A DNA stretch of 64,000 nucleotides from an uncultured Nitrososphaerales archaeon (GCA_963695855.1 CAVOHZ010000003.1:32001-96000); one strand, 5' to 3'; positions 33,420 to 45,185 are shown, counted from the stretch's first letter. Made by a program: numbers and translations. Notes: generated by a model not told the origin, from the letters alone.

Positions 33420-33930
33420 CTTTAGGTAGAGTCTTTCCATCTTCATCTTTCATGGGACTAATATGTTTCCATTGAAGCTGTTCCCATTGCACCCATCCTG
33501 ATCCCAGATGAGAGCATTACAGTACGATGGGTTTTAGTCTCATATCTAGAGCATTTAATAATTTTTTATTTCCGTAAATTGTGGAATTCTATCTACTGCA
33601 AACTTTCTACCATTTGGAACTCCTTTTCTTATGTATTTCCAATTTAGTAAAATATTATCCACATCACAGAACGTCTTCAAGGGTTTGATGTAGTTGATCA
33701 TTGTAGTATTGGTTATCTCCTTGTTTTTAACCCGCTCTTTTTGGAAATATATAAAATCTATAAGATGAGATTGAAGCCATTCTCTACCTTCTGACAGAAT
33801 CAAATCTTAAAGTTTGTTGGTTCGTTCTTTTACGTTTTCGCCATCTAACTGTAAAAATGTAAGAAAAACATCTAACCTTCTTGGCCACTGCCTCTTCGTT
33901 TCAGGAGCCCTTTAGAGCTTACTCAAATGA
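33420..33930 (-). pseudogene. Tyrosine integrase remnant (Nitrososphaerales type)
   Basis: RAPETKRQWPRRL..F..F, WLQ..L..FI.FQKERV, NYIKPLK.FC, DRIP...EI, LQWKHI fragments; lies directly beyond the att copies. Confidence 0.75.
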
Positions 33931-34013
33931 GGAAAAAGCGTCTTTTTTGTTATCTGCCTAAGCGTTTTAATAATTATAATAGCGTGGGCCTAAATAAAGT
34001 TACAGATTCGCAA

Positions 34014-34060
34014 TGGGCCTAAAGGGGTTTGAGCACTGCGTGTAATAGGGTTCAATAACC
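34014..34060 (-). repeat. att site: tRNA(CAT) 3' copy + motif B
   Basis: TGGGCCTAAAGGGGTTTGA followed by CTGCGTGTAATAGGGTTC; an extra 11-bp copy GTGGGCCTAAA at 33984-33994. Confidence 0.85.
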
Positions 34061-34347
34061 TTGAATAAAACCTTAAGAGTTTATTTATAAACAAAGTAAA
34101 ATCAAAGAACTTTAAATAATAAATCAGTCATTAAGAGAGAATGACAAGGTAAAAGAAGATGATGCATTGACTCGTTTATCTGGCTAATTATTACTTCTTT
34201 TAAGTCAAAGAATATACAACAACAGTTAGAAAGAAAACAAATGATATAATCTGTAAAAATTCTATCTATGAAAATGAGTTAAGAAGAATTTGAACCCAAT
34301 TTCTTATATTCACTGATGTATTCTTTTGTAATTGTAATTTCACTTAT

Positions 34348-35343
34348 TTATTTACATGAACTATCTATTCTTGCACATACATCAGCCACTTTGTACAAAT
34401 CTTTTATTACTCTTTTTTCACAATCTGAATTTTGATCAGGAAAATCATCAGAAGTAACACATCCAAAAAACATATCACCTCGTACTATAGGTCCAACTTC
34501 TGTATTTCTATTAAAGGTAAATGGGATTGCAAGTCTATTACTATTGCTTTTTCCTCCTTCTCCTCCTAGTTCATTTTGTACATTAACTTTTTTAATTTGA
34601 CTTTCACCTTTTACCATTGCAACAACATACATATCGTTTATGTCTTTGCTATCAAATATAGGAACATTTATTGTAATTTTTACATCTTTTGGACTTTTTT
34701 GTGTATTTGGAACAGTACCAGAGGTTTTGTAAAGTAAATTAGATTCATTATATTTTTTTAGTGTATAAAATAGTTTAACTGTATCTTTATCAGTAGAAGT
34801 TAAACCAATATTACCTTCATCACAATCATACAATGGAAGGTTAGTAGATGTTGTTGTTGTAGTAGTAACAGCATTACTAGCATTTAGTTTACCATCAAGT
34901 ACATATCCACATACATAATATTCATCATCAAACATTACTTGAGAAATATCATTACTTTTCTTGAATTTTAAATCAACGGTTAAAGAATTATCTTGTAAAT
35001 TTATATTATTATTATGATTATTTTTATTATTATCTTTTTTTAAATCTACATATATTGTTTTTCCTTCACCATTAAGATAACCAACTATTTTTAATGAATC
35101 ATGGTTTTTAATATCACTATTATTTAAATTTATTTTTGTCTTTATAATAGTGAGATCAGAAGCAGTAGTAGAAGTAGTAGCACCATTGTTGTTGTTCTTT
35201 TCATAGTCATTTTTATTTTCATAGGGTTGTGCAGTTATAGAATTAGCCTGCTGCTCAACAAATAACAATATAGAGGAAGATACTAAAATAAAAAATAATC
35301 CTAATCCAAAATAAAATTTATTTATCTTTATTTTCAAATTCAT
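34348..35343 (-). CDS. Secreted protein with two internally repeated beta-rich Cys-pair domains
   Basis: Signal/TM N-terminus; LKIVGYLNGE..YYVC..DCDEG and MYVVAMVKGE..FFGC..DCEKR. Confidence 0.7.
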   Translation of the reverse strand: MNLKIKINKFYFGLGLFFILVSSSILLFVEQQANSITAQPYENKNDYEKNNNNGATTSTTASDLTIIKTKINLNNSDIKNHDSLKIVGYLNGEGKTIYVDLKKDNNKNNHNNNINLQDNSLTVDLKFKKSNDISQVMFDDEYYVCGYVLDGKLNASNAVTTTTTTSTNLPLYDCDEGNIGLTSTDKDTVKLFYTLKKYNESNLLYKTSGTVPNTQKSPKDVKITINVPIFDSKDINDMYVVAMVKGESQIKKVNVQNELGGEGGKSNSNRLAIPFTFNRNTEVGPIVRGDMFFGCVTSDDFPDQNSDCEKRVIKDLYKVADVCARIDSSCK

Positions 35344-35999
35344 AATTCAAAATCTATTCAATAAATAATATAACGATCAAGATCAATTTCATTATAGAGA
35401 TAAGTGAATCTAATTTAACTTTTATAATTGATATATATTATTGACTTAAAATTGTGTGTATAATAGTTGTCATAGCCTGAACTAGATTTATTGATTGGGA
35501 TTATAGATACATACGAGTCCAGACTATATGATGACAACGACGACTTGGTGGTTTGCCTCTTGATTTAAGAGCGAAGTCATTTAGTGATAAATGAGGAATT
35601 TATTAATTTCTAAATTCCTTGTTTTCTATTTTGAAATTCGATAATATTTCTGATGAAATAATTTTTATTTTATTAGAAGCAACCAACCATTTACTAGTAT
35701 ATAGGTCTAATTACTCAGTAAAAAACACTAGCGATATACAAGTTTTATGACTAGTACATTTTAAGGGCTGTACTCTTCTTTAACAATCTTATGCGAAATA
35801 AAAATCTAGTCATTCTTTACGACGAAAACATTTACATATATCTTGATAAATCACTATTATCATCATCATCCTTCTTATTTTGTTATCTATATAGAATATT
35901 AAATTATTTTTAGAATAGTCCAGTGATAATTAAAACTTGATAAGATTGATTTTAAATACTTAAGAAAGTATATAAATGTGAAATAGATACAAGAGGCAA

Positions 36000-36031
36000 G
36001 TAATACCGATAGCGGTTCTAAAATATGGGTC
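36000..36031. repeat. Motif A copy 1 (no clear tRNA fragment)
   Basis: GTAATACCGATAGCGGTTCTAAAATATGGGTC. Confidence 0.8.
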
Positions 36032-36113
36032 TTAGATATGTTAATACAGAGGATATAACATTTACGGATTAACGTTATATAGAAATAATGATAAAAGTTG
36101 AATTGTACTACTT

Positions 36114-37229
36114 TCACAATTTTTTAATAGTATTTAATAATACCTTTTTCTCAACTGGTTTTATCAATATTTGTTCTTTGGCTAAACCAGGAACTATAGT
36201 TAATATTTCATCTGATATATCTAAAACAGTTATAAAAAGAATTTTAATTGTTGGGTCTATAGCTTTTATTTGTTGGTGTAATTGAAATCCATTCAAACCT
36301 TTCATTCGGATATCAAGTGTCACTAGTAAATCATCAAAATTTGAAAGGGCTTTGATATAATTCAATGCATCAGTAGAGTCTGTAAATGTAATTGTTTCAT
36401 AACCACTTTCATTTAAAAATGATTTAAAAGTAAGAAGTATTTCTGGGTCATCATCGACTAAAATAATTTTTTTGTTATTATTTTTTTGTTGAATAAAAAA
36501 TAAATCTTTTTTATTTTTAGTTTCTATAAAATCATCAGTAGAGTAACCTAAGCATTTATTCCTAAGAGCGGGTTTAATACTACTATCATCAATCAACGAC
36601 AATTTAACTCTTTTTATACTATATGTGGAATAGACAAAAGTTTCAGTTATTTTACATCCACCATTATTTATGAAATTGTAATCGTTAGCAATATTAGAAA
36701 AAGATTTTAGTATTCTATAACAATTATCTCCTATAATTATTTGATTAGCGATAGAATTAGGAGAAGAAGAAGAATTTATCTTCGAACAGAGGTTTACAGT
36801 TGACCCGAATAAATCTATCTGGCTATAATCTCCCGTTAATGCTAAATCTACAGTACCATAATCCATACTAATTCTATAGCTGAATAGAGGCAAGTTTTGC
36901 TTTGATAATTCTTGATTAACAAGATGACGGACATCTAAGATTTCCAAACCACATTCAATAACTTCTCTAAATGCTTTTTCGTTTTTATTATCAGATGTTT
37001 TAGGAAAATATAATAATAAAGAATCACCCATATTTTTAATAACTTTCCCACCATAACTTTTAACTATTTCTGATATTGAATTTATAAATTTAGAATAATA
37101 GATTCTAATATGTTCTAAATTGTCTATGGTAATTGTATTTTTAGTTGAATCTACTAAATCAATAAAAACTACACAACTCTTTACTGTATCACCAGAAAAT
37201 CTAATTTCTTTTGAAGAAAAATTTTTCAT
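36114..37229 (-). CDS. Class III adenylate cyclase + C-terminal receiver domain
   Basis: FIDLVDST, KNMGD, DLFGSTVNLCSK; REC motifs ILVDDD, LDIRM, FIT, KP. Confidence 0.9.
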   Translation of the reverse strand: MKNFSSKEIRFSGDTVKSCVVFIDLVDSTKNTITIDNLEHIRIYYSKFINSISEIVKSYGGKVIKNMGDSLLLYFPKTSDNKNEKAFREVIECGLEILDVRHLVNQELSKQNLPLFSYRISMDYGTVDLALTGDYSQIDLFGSTVNLCSKINSSSSPNSIANQIIIGDNCYRILKSFSNIANDYNFINNGGCKITETFVYSTYSIKRVKLSLIDDSSIKPALRNKCLGYSTDDFIETKNKKDLFFIQQKNNNKKIILVDDDPEILLTFKSFLNESGYETITFTDSTDALNYIKALSNFDDLLVTLDIRMKGLNGFQLHQQIKAIDPTIKILFITVLDISDEILTIVPGLAKEQILIKPVEKKVLLNTIKKL

Positions 37230-37288
37230 TTAATATTGCTCACAAAATTAAATAACTGAATGTTTTATTCTAGAATAAAAAATAAGTA

Positions 37289-37858
37289 TTAGTAGGATTT
37301 TTGAATATTATTTACAAAGCTAAGGAAGTTTTGAACTGAGTTGTTATAGTATTTTTGTCCAAGTTCTATAGATTTGTTAAAGTTTTCTATATATTCTAAT
37401 ACATAGTCATGTATTCTTCCTGTAGTATTTACTACTGTATTATTTGTAGTATTGTCGTTGGCATTATTATAAACATCTGTATATTTTTGTGGATAGATAA
37501 ATTTATTCCAATAAGATTTGTTATTGTTGAATGTATTATCTATAAATTTAGAAAATACTGATTGATAGGTAATAAGTATATTCTTTTGTAAATCTACGTA
37601 ATTGTCTGAGATTGAATGAATTACGTTAATGGTTTGTTGTTGATATTTGTTTGCAGTATCTATACTTTTTTGAAGATTATAATTATTTGTATTTTGAGAT
37701 TCATTGATAGCATTAGTAACCTTATTTGTAGTATCTTGAATATTTGATGTTGACTTTTCTACCTGTCGTTTTTGTTGGTTTGCAAAGTTCTCTGCTTCTT
37801 CTTTTATATAGTTACTTGGTTTTTTATTTTCTTCTTTTAAATTTGTCATATTAAACAA
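37289..37858 (-). CDS. Phasin-like family protein (copy 5), 59 bp upstream of the cyclase
   Basis: ISDNYVDLQKNILITYQS..YWNKFIYPQKY; FNKSIELGQKYYN. Confidence 0.6.
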   Translation of the reverse strand: MFNMTNLKEENKKPSNYIKEEAENFANQQKRQVEKSTSNIQDTTNKVTNAINESQNTNNYNLQKSIDTANKYQQQTINVIHSISDNYVDLQKNILITYQSVFSKFIDNTFNNNKSYWNKFIYPQKYTDVYNNANDNTTNNTVVNTTGRIHDYVLEYIENFNKSIELGQKYYNNSVQNFLSFVNNIQKSY

Positions 37859-38496
37859 AGTTACGTGAGCTTAGGTACCTTATAAATTATAATAAAATAG
37901 AAAAATAAAAGTAAGAATTAGATAATATTATACTAAAATATGTATAAAATAGATATTAGTTCATATGTTTTATATTACTAACAAGTTAACTGTTTATTTT
38001 AGCAAAAAATGGAAATTATCTTCTAGTCCACTTACAATAAGCCCTTTTTGGATGACAAATTCTAAAGAGAATTTAATTAAATTAAATATACTTTTTGTGA
38101 TATAATAGAACTATTAGCAAATGATTCATTTTCTTTTCCAAACTTAAGGTAAATTCATAAATTTAACAGAACTCTCTCAATTGACTATAATATAGTTATA
38201 GTAAATCTTATGAATCGTGATATATCTAATCAAAGATTGTAATATTCTCGTCTAAAGATTTCATATCAATAAATTTTAAATTTTATCTGAATAAGAAATG
38301 TAGTAACTACTAGTAGTCTGTCAATTGTAACGAAAAAACCGTAAGTAGTTGAATAAGTTGTAGAACTGAATCATTTATAACACAATTCTTTGGTATTCAA
38401 GCTATTAATAATAAAAAGAAATCCTATAATAAGGAGTATTAGTCTGACTACCTTTTTTTATACTTGTTTTCAAAATAGATGAATCCGACAAAACTG

Positions 38497-38576
38497 TGGG
38501 CACATCGGGATTAGAATCCTCCATGTAGTAGGGTTCTATTACATACTGTTTAGCTTTTATTATTAGAAACTTAATT
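38497..38576 (-). repeat. tRNA 3'-like fragment (Ile/Val-like) + motif B
   Basis: TGGGCACATCGGGATTAGAATCC then ATGTAGTAGGGTTC...TTTAGCTTTTATTAT.AGAAACTTAATT; aligns without gaps to the first 40 bp at 34014. Confidence 0.75.
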
Positions 38577-38881
38577 AAAATATAAAAATCAAAATCCGTT
38601 TAAAAGTTTGTCATTTATCTTACTGAGATTTATTATGGAGAGCATCTTTTTGAATTAATATGAACATCATTTTATAAAAAGAAATCCCTAATTTGGATGC
38701 CTCAAAATCTATATTTTTTATTGTTTCATTATTTGATGAAGATAGTATAAATTCATCAATAATTTTTTTGAATTTAAAATCATCATGGTGTTGGAACACA
38801 AGCCTAGTCTATCAATATAGTTATTATTAGTTTCTTAGAAATGTTAATGACAGGCATGCATAACGTTTGACTAATAGTATT

Positions 38882-39079
38882 CTAGAAAGACCAAAGATAA
38901 ATGAATACTATATAAGAAATCGCATACCATAATATACTATTTACTATTAGAGTAAATAAAAAACCAAAATAATATGTCATAATAATTCCAGTAATAGTAC
39001 CACCTATCAGATAAGGGATTTGTCGTTTTATTATTGACTTTAAAATTGCATCCAAATTACAACAATAAATACACAACAT
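38882..39079 (-). CDS. Small 2-TM membrane protein (possibly truncated)
   Basis: IPYLIGGTITGIIMTYYFGFLFTLIVNSILWYAISY hydrophobic hairpin. Confidence 0.5.
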   Translation of the reverse strand: MLCIYCCNLDAILKSIIKRQIPYLIGGTITGIIMTYYFGFLFTLIVNSILWYAISYIVFIYLWSF

Positions 39080-39313
39080 CCTATAATAGTAGCAGTAGCA
39101 GCCCAGTTTTGCAGTCTTTTTCTTTTTTTGATAAACTTAATCTTCCTTCATGAATCTCTATAAAAATTCTAAAACGGAGAGAATTAACATAAGTATAAAA
39201 TAAACTCTGAAATAACTTATTATATGTCACAAGCTGAATGGTTTACGACTTATTTACAATACGAAAATCTTAAAGATATGTTAAGTGTTATACTCTATAC
39301 ATCATAATCCTTT

Positions 39314-40515
39314 ATGACTATAACCCCATTACTTTAGGTAATACCTACATAGTTGGAGCAGATTTTATCATTAATTTTGATAATTCATAGAAAATATCCT
39401 TCTCCCTGTTATTGAATCTGAATTCTATCTCTTTTAGATATACATGAAAATACTGTTTAGGTACTCCCCTGTAATGATACAACCATGTCTTGGCATAACT
39501 CCAGAATCCTTCAATTCTATTAATATGGGTATCTTCTCTTACATATTCATCTCTTCCATGTGCAACGACTTGATGTTTTCCAATCATATTCAACATTGCA
39601 TATGCAGTATGGTCATCAGAATAGTACAACGATCCTTTCTTGGTATATTGTTTTATCAAGGGAATAAGTGTCTCATGTTTTCTATCAGATACTGGAAATG
39701 TAATAACAATTCCATTTCTCTTGTAGATACCAAATACCAGATTTTTGTGCTCAATTACACCCCATCCTCTCTTGCCACCTTTTCTATAACCACCAAATAA
39801 CGCTTCATCAATTTCAATCTCACCAGATAACTTTAATTCATGTAGTTGTTGTAGCGATTTATCATATATCGTTTGTCTAAATAATCGAAATGTTCTTTCT
39901 ATTGTTGATAGATCACATGATACATAAAATCTAATTCTATATGCAGGTACTCCTAATGTAAATAGATAAAGTAAGTGTATGATATTGCTAAGCGATGTTC
40001 GTATCTGTCCGAGATATGTACCTGTAAATTCACTAAAATTATATCTGCAACGTTTACAGCCATACCTATTTGATTTCAGATAATATAGAAGTCTATACCT
40101 ACATCTAGGACATATTCTTTTTCCATTCCATCTAAGATTACGAAAATATATACTACTTTTCTTATCGCTTGATGCTAGGTCTATTGGATCATATTTACGC
40201 ACAAATATGTATAAAATAACATATCATGTGTTTATTTTTTGCTCCAAATGTACAGGTATTACCTTACTTTATAATATTACATATCAAAATAAAGAAATAC
40301 TGTTTGTCCACACAGGAATAGTTGGAGGCATTATTTCTCATTATTATGTAATTCAAGATAAACCAAATAAGAGGTATATTGAATTAAATAAAATCACAGG
40401 AGACTTCAATTTTATAGATACTATTGGTAATAATACTCAATCAATTTATATTCCAATAGTAAAATTGATAAAATCTACACTTAAGTTTCCGATAGATTCT
40501 GTGGATGAAGATTAA
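39314..40515 (+). pseudogene. Small hypothetical gene interrupted by IS1595 at codon 8
   Basis: Removing the IS and one TSD gives MTITPLLYNITYQNKEILFVHTG...DED*. Confidence 0.75.
39337..40263 (-). mobile_element. Intact IS1595-family element, 927 bp; transposase 39345-40202
   Basis: 24-bp imperfect IRs GGTAATACCT-N6-TTGGAGCA; 8-bp TSD TTACTTTA (39329-39336, 40264-40271); CPRC..CKRC ribbon, EIDE, YSDD, HINRIEGFWS, EIEFRFN. Confidence 0.95.
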
Positions 40516-40678
40516 TGTACATACTTGACAAAAGAGATTTGGCATTTATTAATAACGGCGAGTAATTACCGTCAAACTTTCAAGAAAGAATTTTTTCACA
40601 ACAAATTTAGTTCCCACTACTACATTAGAGGGATTGGTGTCAGGGTCATCATTATCACATTTTAATTTCATTACAACA

Positions 40679-41020
40679 TCATTTCTTTAAAAAATCTATT
40701 GTAGATTTAGTATCTTGAAAGATTTTTGATTCTTTTAATATAAGATTATTGAAATCAGATGAAATATCAAGAGGAGTATTGTTAAGGGTGATTATACATT
40801 TGATACCAGCCTTGTTTGCTGCTTCTACTCCCAAAGGACCGTTTTCTACTACTATGCATTCAGATGGTTTTAGATTGATTTTCTGTAATGCTTTAACAAA
40901 TGGTGTAGAATGTGGTTTCCCCTCATCTATATCATCAGCAGAGATTAGAATATCAAAATTTTTCAATCCAATCAATTTATCAATAGTTGTTTCTATCTCA
41001 TTCTTTTCTCTGACACTCAA
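40679..41020 (-). pseudogene. HAD-family phosphatase, 5'-truncated
   Basis: GKPHSTPF, ECIVVENGPLGVEAANKAG; N-terminal DxD motif absent. Confidence 0.75.
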
Positions 41021-41224
41021 AAATCAATACTATACAACAATTATATATTTAACCGTATACAGTACACAAAATTTGATAATTGTTTCATCTATTGATCTAA
41101 ATAAGATAGTAAATTCAATATTTATTCTGTTTACTGTTAAATATTTATTTATTAGGTTTATTTATCTTACATCTTTTTAATTATCTTTGTTGAAAATGAA
41201 TAAAATAAAGCTTTTTCCTATAAG

Positions 41225-41574
41225 TCAACTTAATAACTTTAACACATTGCTAATAATTTGTGCATGATCTGCTTCTACTTCTGTAGTAATAAGCATAAAT
41301 GCTCATCATCTAATGGAATAGTAATTCGTTTAATTTTTTCATATTCTGTCATTGAATATTTTCCTTTTCCTGTTTTTGGAGATAAGAACTTTCTCAATCC
41401 CCATCCTTCTAAAGCTTGTAAATTTGATTTTCTTGTTTCTTCATTAGTTAGGATATTTTTTACTCCTTCTTTTTGACCACCATGTTTTATATTTCCAGAT
41501 ACACCACATATTCATGCAAATCTTACTTTAGAATCCATCTGTAAAATAGATCTACATAAATTATCATAGTCCAT
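41225..41574 (-). pseudogene. DUF6659-like protein pseudogene
   Basis: ILQMDSKVRFA*..GGQKEGV.N.L..EE..KSNLQAL..WGLR...GKGKYSMTEYEKIKRITIPL. Confidence 0.65.
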
Positions 41575-41641
41575 ATATTAAATATTCAAAAATACAAATA
41601 TTAATAGTTTTTAGATACTTATTAATTTAGCGAATACACAA

Positions 41642-41687
41642 CGGGCCCGTCGGGAGTAACACCGATAGCGGTGCTAAAATAAGAGTC
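41642..41687 (-). repeat. tRNA-Arg-like 3' end + motif A (copy 2)
   Basis: CGGGCCCGTCGGGA (reverse complement T CCCGA CGGGCCC G) + GTAACACCGATAGCGGTGCTAAAATAAGAGTC. Confidence 0.85.
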
Positions 41688-41856
41688 CAATTTTATATAA
41701 TATATATGTAAATTTAAGATTATATTGTATGTTTATAGTTATAGAAATTAGAATTCTAAATAAAATAGAATAAAACTCGAATATAATAGTGATTGCAAAA
41801 TGTTATAGAAAATAGTTATCTCCGTTTATAGCCAATCGCTAAAAAGGAATTTGAAT

Positions 41857-42501
41857 TTATTGTATTATCAAAACAGGTTTACTAATATGATTCATTATTT
41901 TTCTGACATCACTAAATAATGAGCTAAACCATGAATCTATATGATAAGTTAACATAACGACCAAATCATAGCTATTATTATTAATTTCATTCACTATTTC
42001 GTCAACTACATTACCAGTTAGAAATTTATAAGAAATTTTATTTTGACATCCAGCTTCTTGACATTTCTTTATTTTTTCTTCCATAGCATCTATTACATCA
42101 CCTTTGATATTTCTATGAAACTCTTTTTGATTATCCTTTTCTGATTTCTCATATGAGCCTTCTAAGGAAACATTTCCAAATTTTTCAAAATCGTGTAATA
42201 TACGAAGTATAATTAATTCTGCTCCAGTGGAATTGGATAAAGAGACAGCATAATTAAGTGCTTTATTTGATATATCTTTTCCATCATCAGTAACTAGTAT
42301 TTTCTTAAAAGAAGGAAGGTTATCTTTTGAAATTGAATAATCTTGTAATTCCCTGGATTTATTTCCTAATTGTGATTGTTGTTCTTCTTGTTCTATTTCT
42401 GGTGTAACACTTCCGTCAGGATGAATTGATTCACTTACTTCCATATCTAAAAGATTTTCTTTAGCATCTGAAGATATAGAAGGAGCTTTATCACTACTCA
42501 T
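41857..42501 (-). CDS. Universal stress protein (UspA domain)
   Basis: FKKILVTDDG..S.KAL.YA; G...DEI; YDLVVM; KPVLII. Confidence 0.9.
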   Translation of the reverse strand: MSSDKAPSISSDAKENLLDMEVSESIHPDGSVTPEIEQEEQQSQLGNKSRELQDYSISKDNLPSFKKILVTDDGKDISNKALNYAVSLSNSTGAELIILRILHDFEKFGNVSLEGSYEKSEKDNQKEFHRNIKGDVIDAMEEKIKKCQEAGCQNKISYKFLTGNVVDEIVNEINNNSYDLVVMLTYHIDSWFSSLFSDVRKIMNHISKPVLIIQ

Positions 42502-42960
42502 AATATAATGGTTGATTACAAATATATAACTATATTTTAATTCATAAAAATATAAATCCTAATTATTTTATAATACAAGACAGATCATTGCAATATGGGT
42601 AACTGTATACGTAATTATCAAAGTTACAGAAATTAGTATAAAATTTAATAAGCTAAGCAAAATGTTAAAATAACAATTTTTAAATGAAAAATCTAGTCTA
42701 TCAAAAAATGAATAAATTATCATACTATTTTTATTATGTTCATTAGGAAGTAACAATTTTTTTCACATTATACAATTATGAAAATAAATTTTGCAAAAGA
42801 TTGAAATAGATGATTAGGAACCAAATGCCATTGTAATTAAATTAAATCTTATTATCATTGTAACTATTTAATATAAATTACTAACCATCTTCTCATTCAG
42901 GTGAATTGGCTCTTTAAAAGACATAAAGAGGTGTGTGTATAGATAATTGTTATTTGTTAT

Positions 42961-43497
42961 TTGGGGAAAAAAAATAATATAAGTAATAATAGAATTTTCA
43001 ATAGATTTCTTACTAATTTTTACAAGAAATATAGAGAAACTATTTTAATGAATAAGGATTTACTTATTGCTGGGACATTTGGATTTTTAGCTAGTGCTGT
43101 TATAGCTGAACTATATGCGATTTATTCTCCTAATGACGTATTAACTTCTACAGTAACAGTATTGGTTGGATTTATAATATACAAGATAATTTTTATAATT
43201 CTTTTTCACATCGACAACAGACAAAAATATACCGATAAATTCACTAGCCAGATTAATTTCAATATTCTAAAACAAATAATAAAGAAGATGGTATTTGCTT
43301 GGTCTATATTTGACATTGTTAACAATCTATCACGATGGATAATACTATTTGAATTATTATTAACAGGATTCAGACCCTTTGAAGCAGCTATGATATCTTC
43401 TATAACTGCTTCTTCTATATCTTATTTAGCAATAAATATAATCTCAAGACGTATCAAAATCTTCTCATCATTAAAGAAGAAGAAAAGACCAAAATGA
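42961..43497 (+). CDS. 4-TM membrane protein
   Basis: Four hydrophobic segments and a basic C-terminus. Confidence 0.65.
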   Translation: MGKKNNISNNRIFNRFLTNFYKKYRETILMNKDLLIAGTFGFLASAVIAELYAIYSPNDVLTSTVTVLVGFIIYKIIFIILFHIDNRQKYTDKFTSQINFNILKQIIKKMVFAWSIFDIVNNLSRWIILFELLLTGFRPFEAAMISSITASSISYLAINIISRRIKIFSSLKKKKRPK

Positions 43498-43969
43498 AAA
43501 TAATGCAAAAGATTTCTTATAATTTAAAATAAAACATTCCCAAGATGTCTAGAACTTATACAATAAACAAAGTGTATCTACACAGAATGATTATGCGCTA
43601 GATACTATTACATTAGTTAATATACGCAGGTAACTTATGTACAATTATATCACCAAAAGAGGAAAAAAATACAACTAAATTTAGGACAGACAACACCTTT
43701 TATTATTTAGAAATATATTTTAAAATTAATTTCTGCATTGAATCTAACTTTAAATATTATGCTTTAAATTAACTATATACTATATAATTCATTTATATTA
43801 TTTAATTCTACTTTATGTTATGTCCTATATACACAAAAGCATCCGAAACAACGGATGGCCATACATAACATTTAAAAAATTAAATATTAATAAAATTCGC
43901 TCTAATAGAAAATATATCAATAATATTTAGGAATTAAAAAATAATGTAACAATATTGTTACATTATTTT

Positions 43970-44392
43970 CTATTCAACTAGATTTCCGCCGTGAATTTTT
44001 AATAATCTTTGTAGAATCTCAGCAGCAATATATCCTTTAACAGTTTGTTTGAGATCAAGACCCGATAATTCTTGGACAATTGTAGCAAATTTTGGATGTT
44101 TTGCCTTGATTTCTGATGCTTTTGCCTTGATTTCTTCTTCTGTCATATATTCCTCTAACGGTGAACGACTCTGACCAGTTCTTTTTTCCTCAACTAGATT
44201 TCTGGCATGTGATTTTAGTATTCTCTGTAAAACTCCCGCTACAAAATAAGCTCTGAAAGTTTCTTTCAGATCAAGATCAGGAATTTCTTCAACAATTGTA
44301 GCATACTTTGGATGATTTGTTTTAAATTCTGATGCTTTTGACTTAAATTCTTCTCTTGTCATTCTAATATCTTCTAAAATGGTTGTCATCAT
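43970..44392 (-). CDS. Hypothetical protein made of two ~58-aa tandem repeats
   Basis: MTREEFKSKASEFKTNHPKYATIVEEIPDLDLK... / MTEEEIKAKASEIKAKHPKFATIVQELSGLDLK... Confidence 0.8.
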   Translation of the reverse strand: MMTTILEDIRMTREEFKSKASEFKTNHPKYATIVEEIPDLDLKETFRAYFVAGVLQRILKSHARNLVEEKRTGQSRSPLEEYMTEEEIKAKASEIKAKHPKFATIVQELSGLDLKQTVKGYIAAEILQRLLKIHGGNLVE

Positions 44393-45185
44393 AATGTGTA
44401 TATAATAATGGATATATAACTATTTGTATCTCTGGAATAGATATATTTATATATATTGAAGAATCGAAGAAACATATTGCATAGTATTGCAAAACATTAC
44501 AATATATGTCAATAACAAAGTATTAAATTTACAAATCTATACTTGCATACGATTTTATATAACCCAATTAAAATACTATTATTCATATATTTAGCTAATC
44601 TGAATGACTTTAGTAATACTATGTGAGGTATAAACCGACCCTGGCGAAGAATGGTAATCAGGCATTAATACAACACAAAAAAGTTCTCCATTCTTGAACA
44701 CTTAAATAGCTGTAATGGCATATTATAGTACCACTAAAATCTCTATAGCGTATTTTTGCGGCACTAACCTTAATCAATCTGATGCGGAGAGAAAAAAAGA
44801 AGTATATAACATTAACCTATGGAGAATCTTTATGCCCATTTGGTGGATTACTTAATACATTTGTCTCCTAGATGACTAGATGTTGTCTCCTTTTTTTAAT
44901 ATATTTGAACGGATTTAAAGAAACATTAAATGGACCAACACCTACTGCGCCTCCAATATTAATTTCTCTTGCTGTACTTTCAGTTGATGCAACTTCGCCA
45001 ATTATTAAATCATACCCACAAACACGACAAAAGGATACTAAATTCACATGAAGAAGTATAACAGTAAATCTAAAAAAATTTAAGTTTAATAATTTTTGTG
45101 ATAATACATACCGAACTTAAGGAAGCATTATTTGAATAATTCAATTATTGTTTGAAAATCCAAAGAGGTGGGCCATAGAATACTT

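Noticed and set aside
41642-41687. Motif A as the coding start of split SSV-type int(C) genes (one frame reads NTDSGAKIRV)
   Set aside because: The frame is open within the motif, but no integrase-like ORF continues after any copy. Not fully excluded as an ancestral origin.
45167-45180. GGTGGGCCATAG as a further tRNA 3' scar just before motif A copy 3
   Set aside because: The match is too short (about 7 bp) to distinguish from chance.
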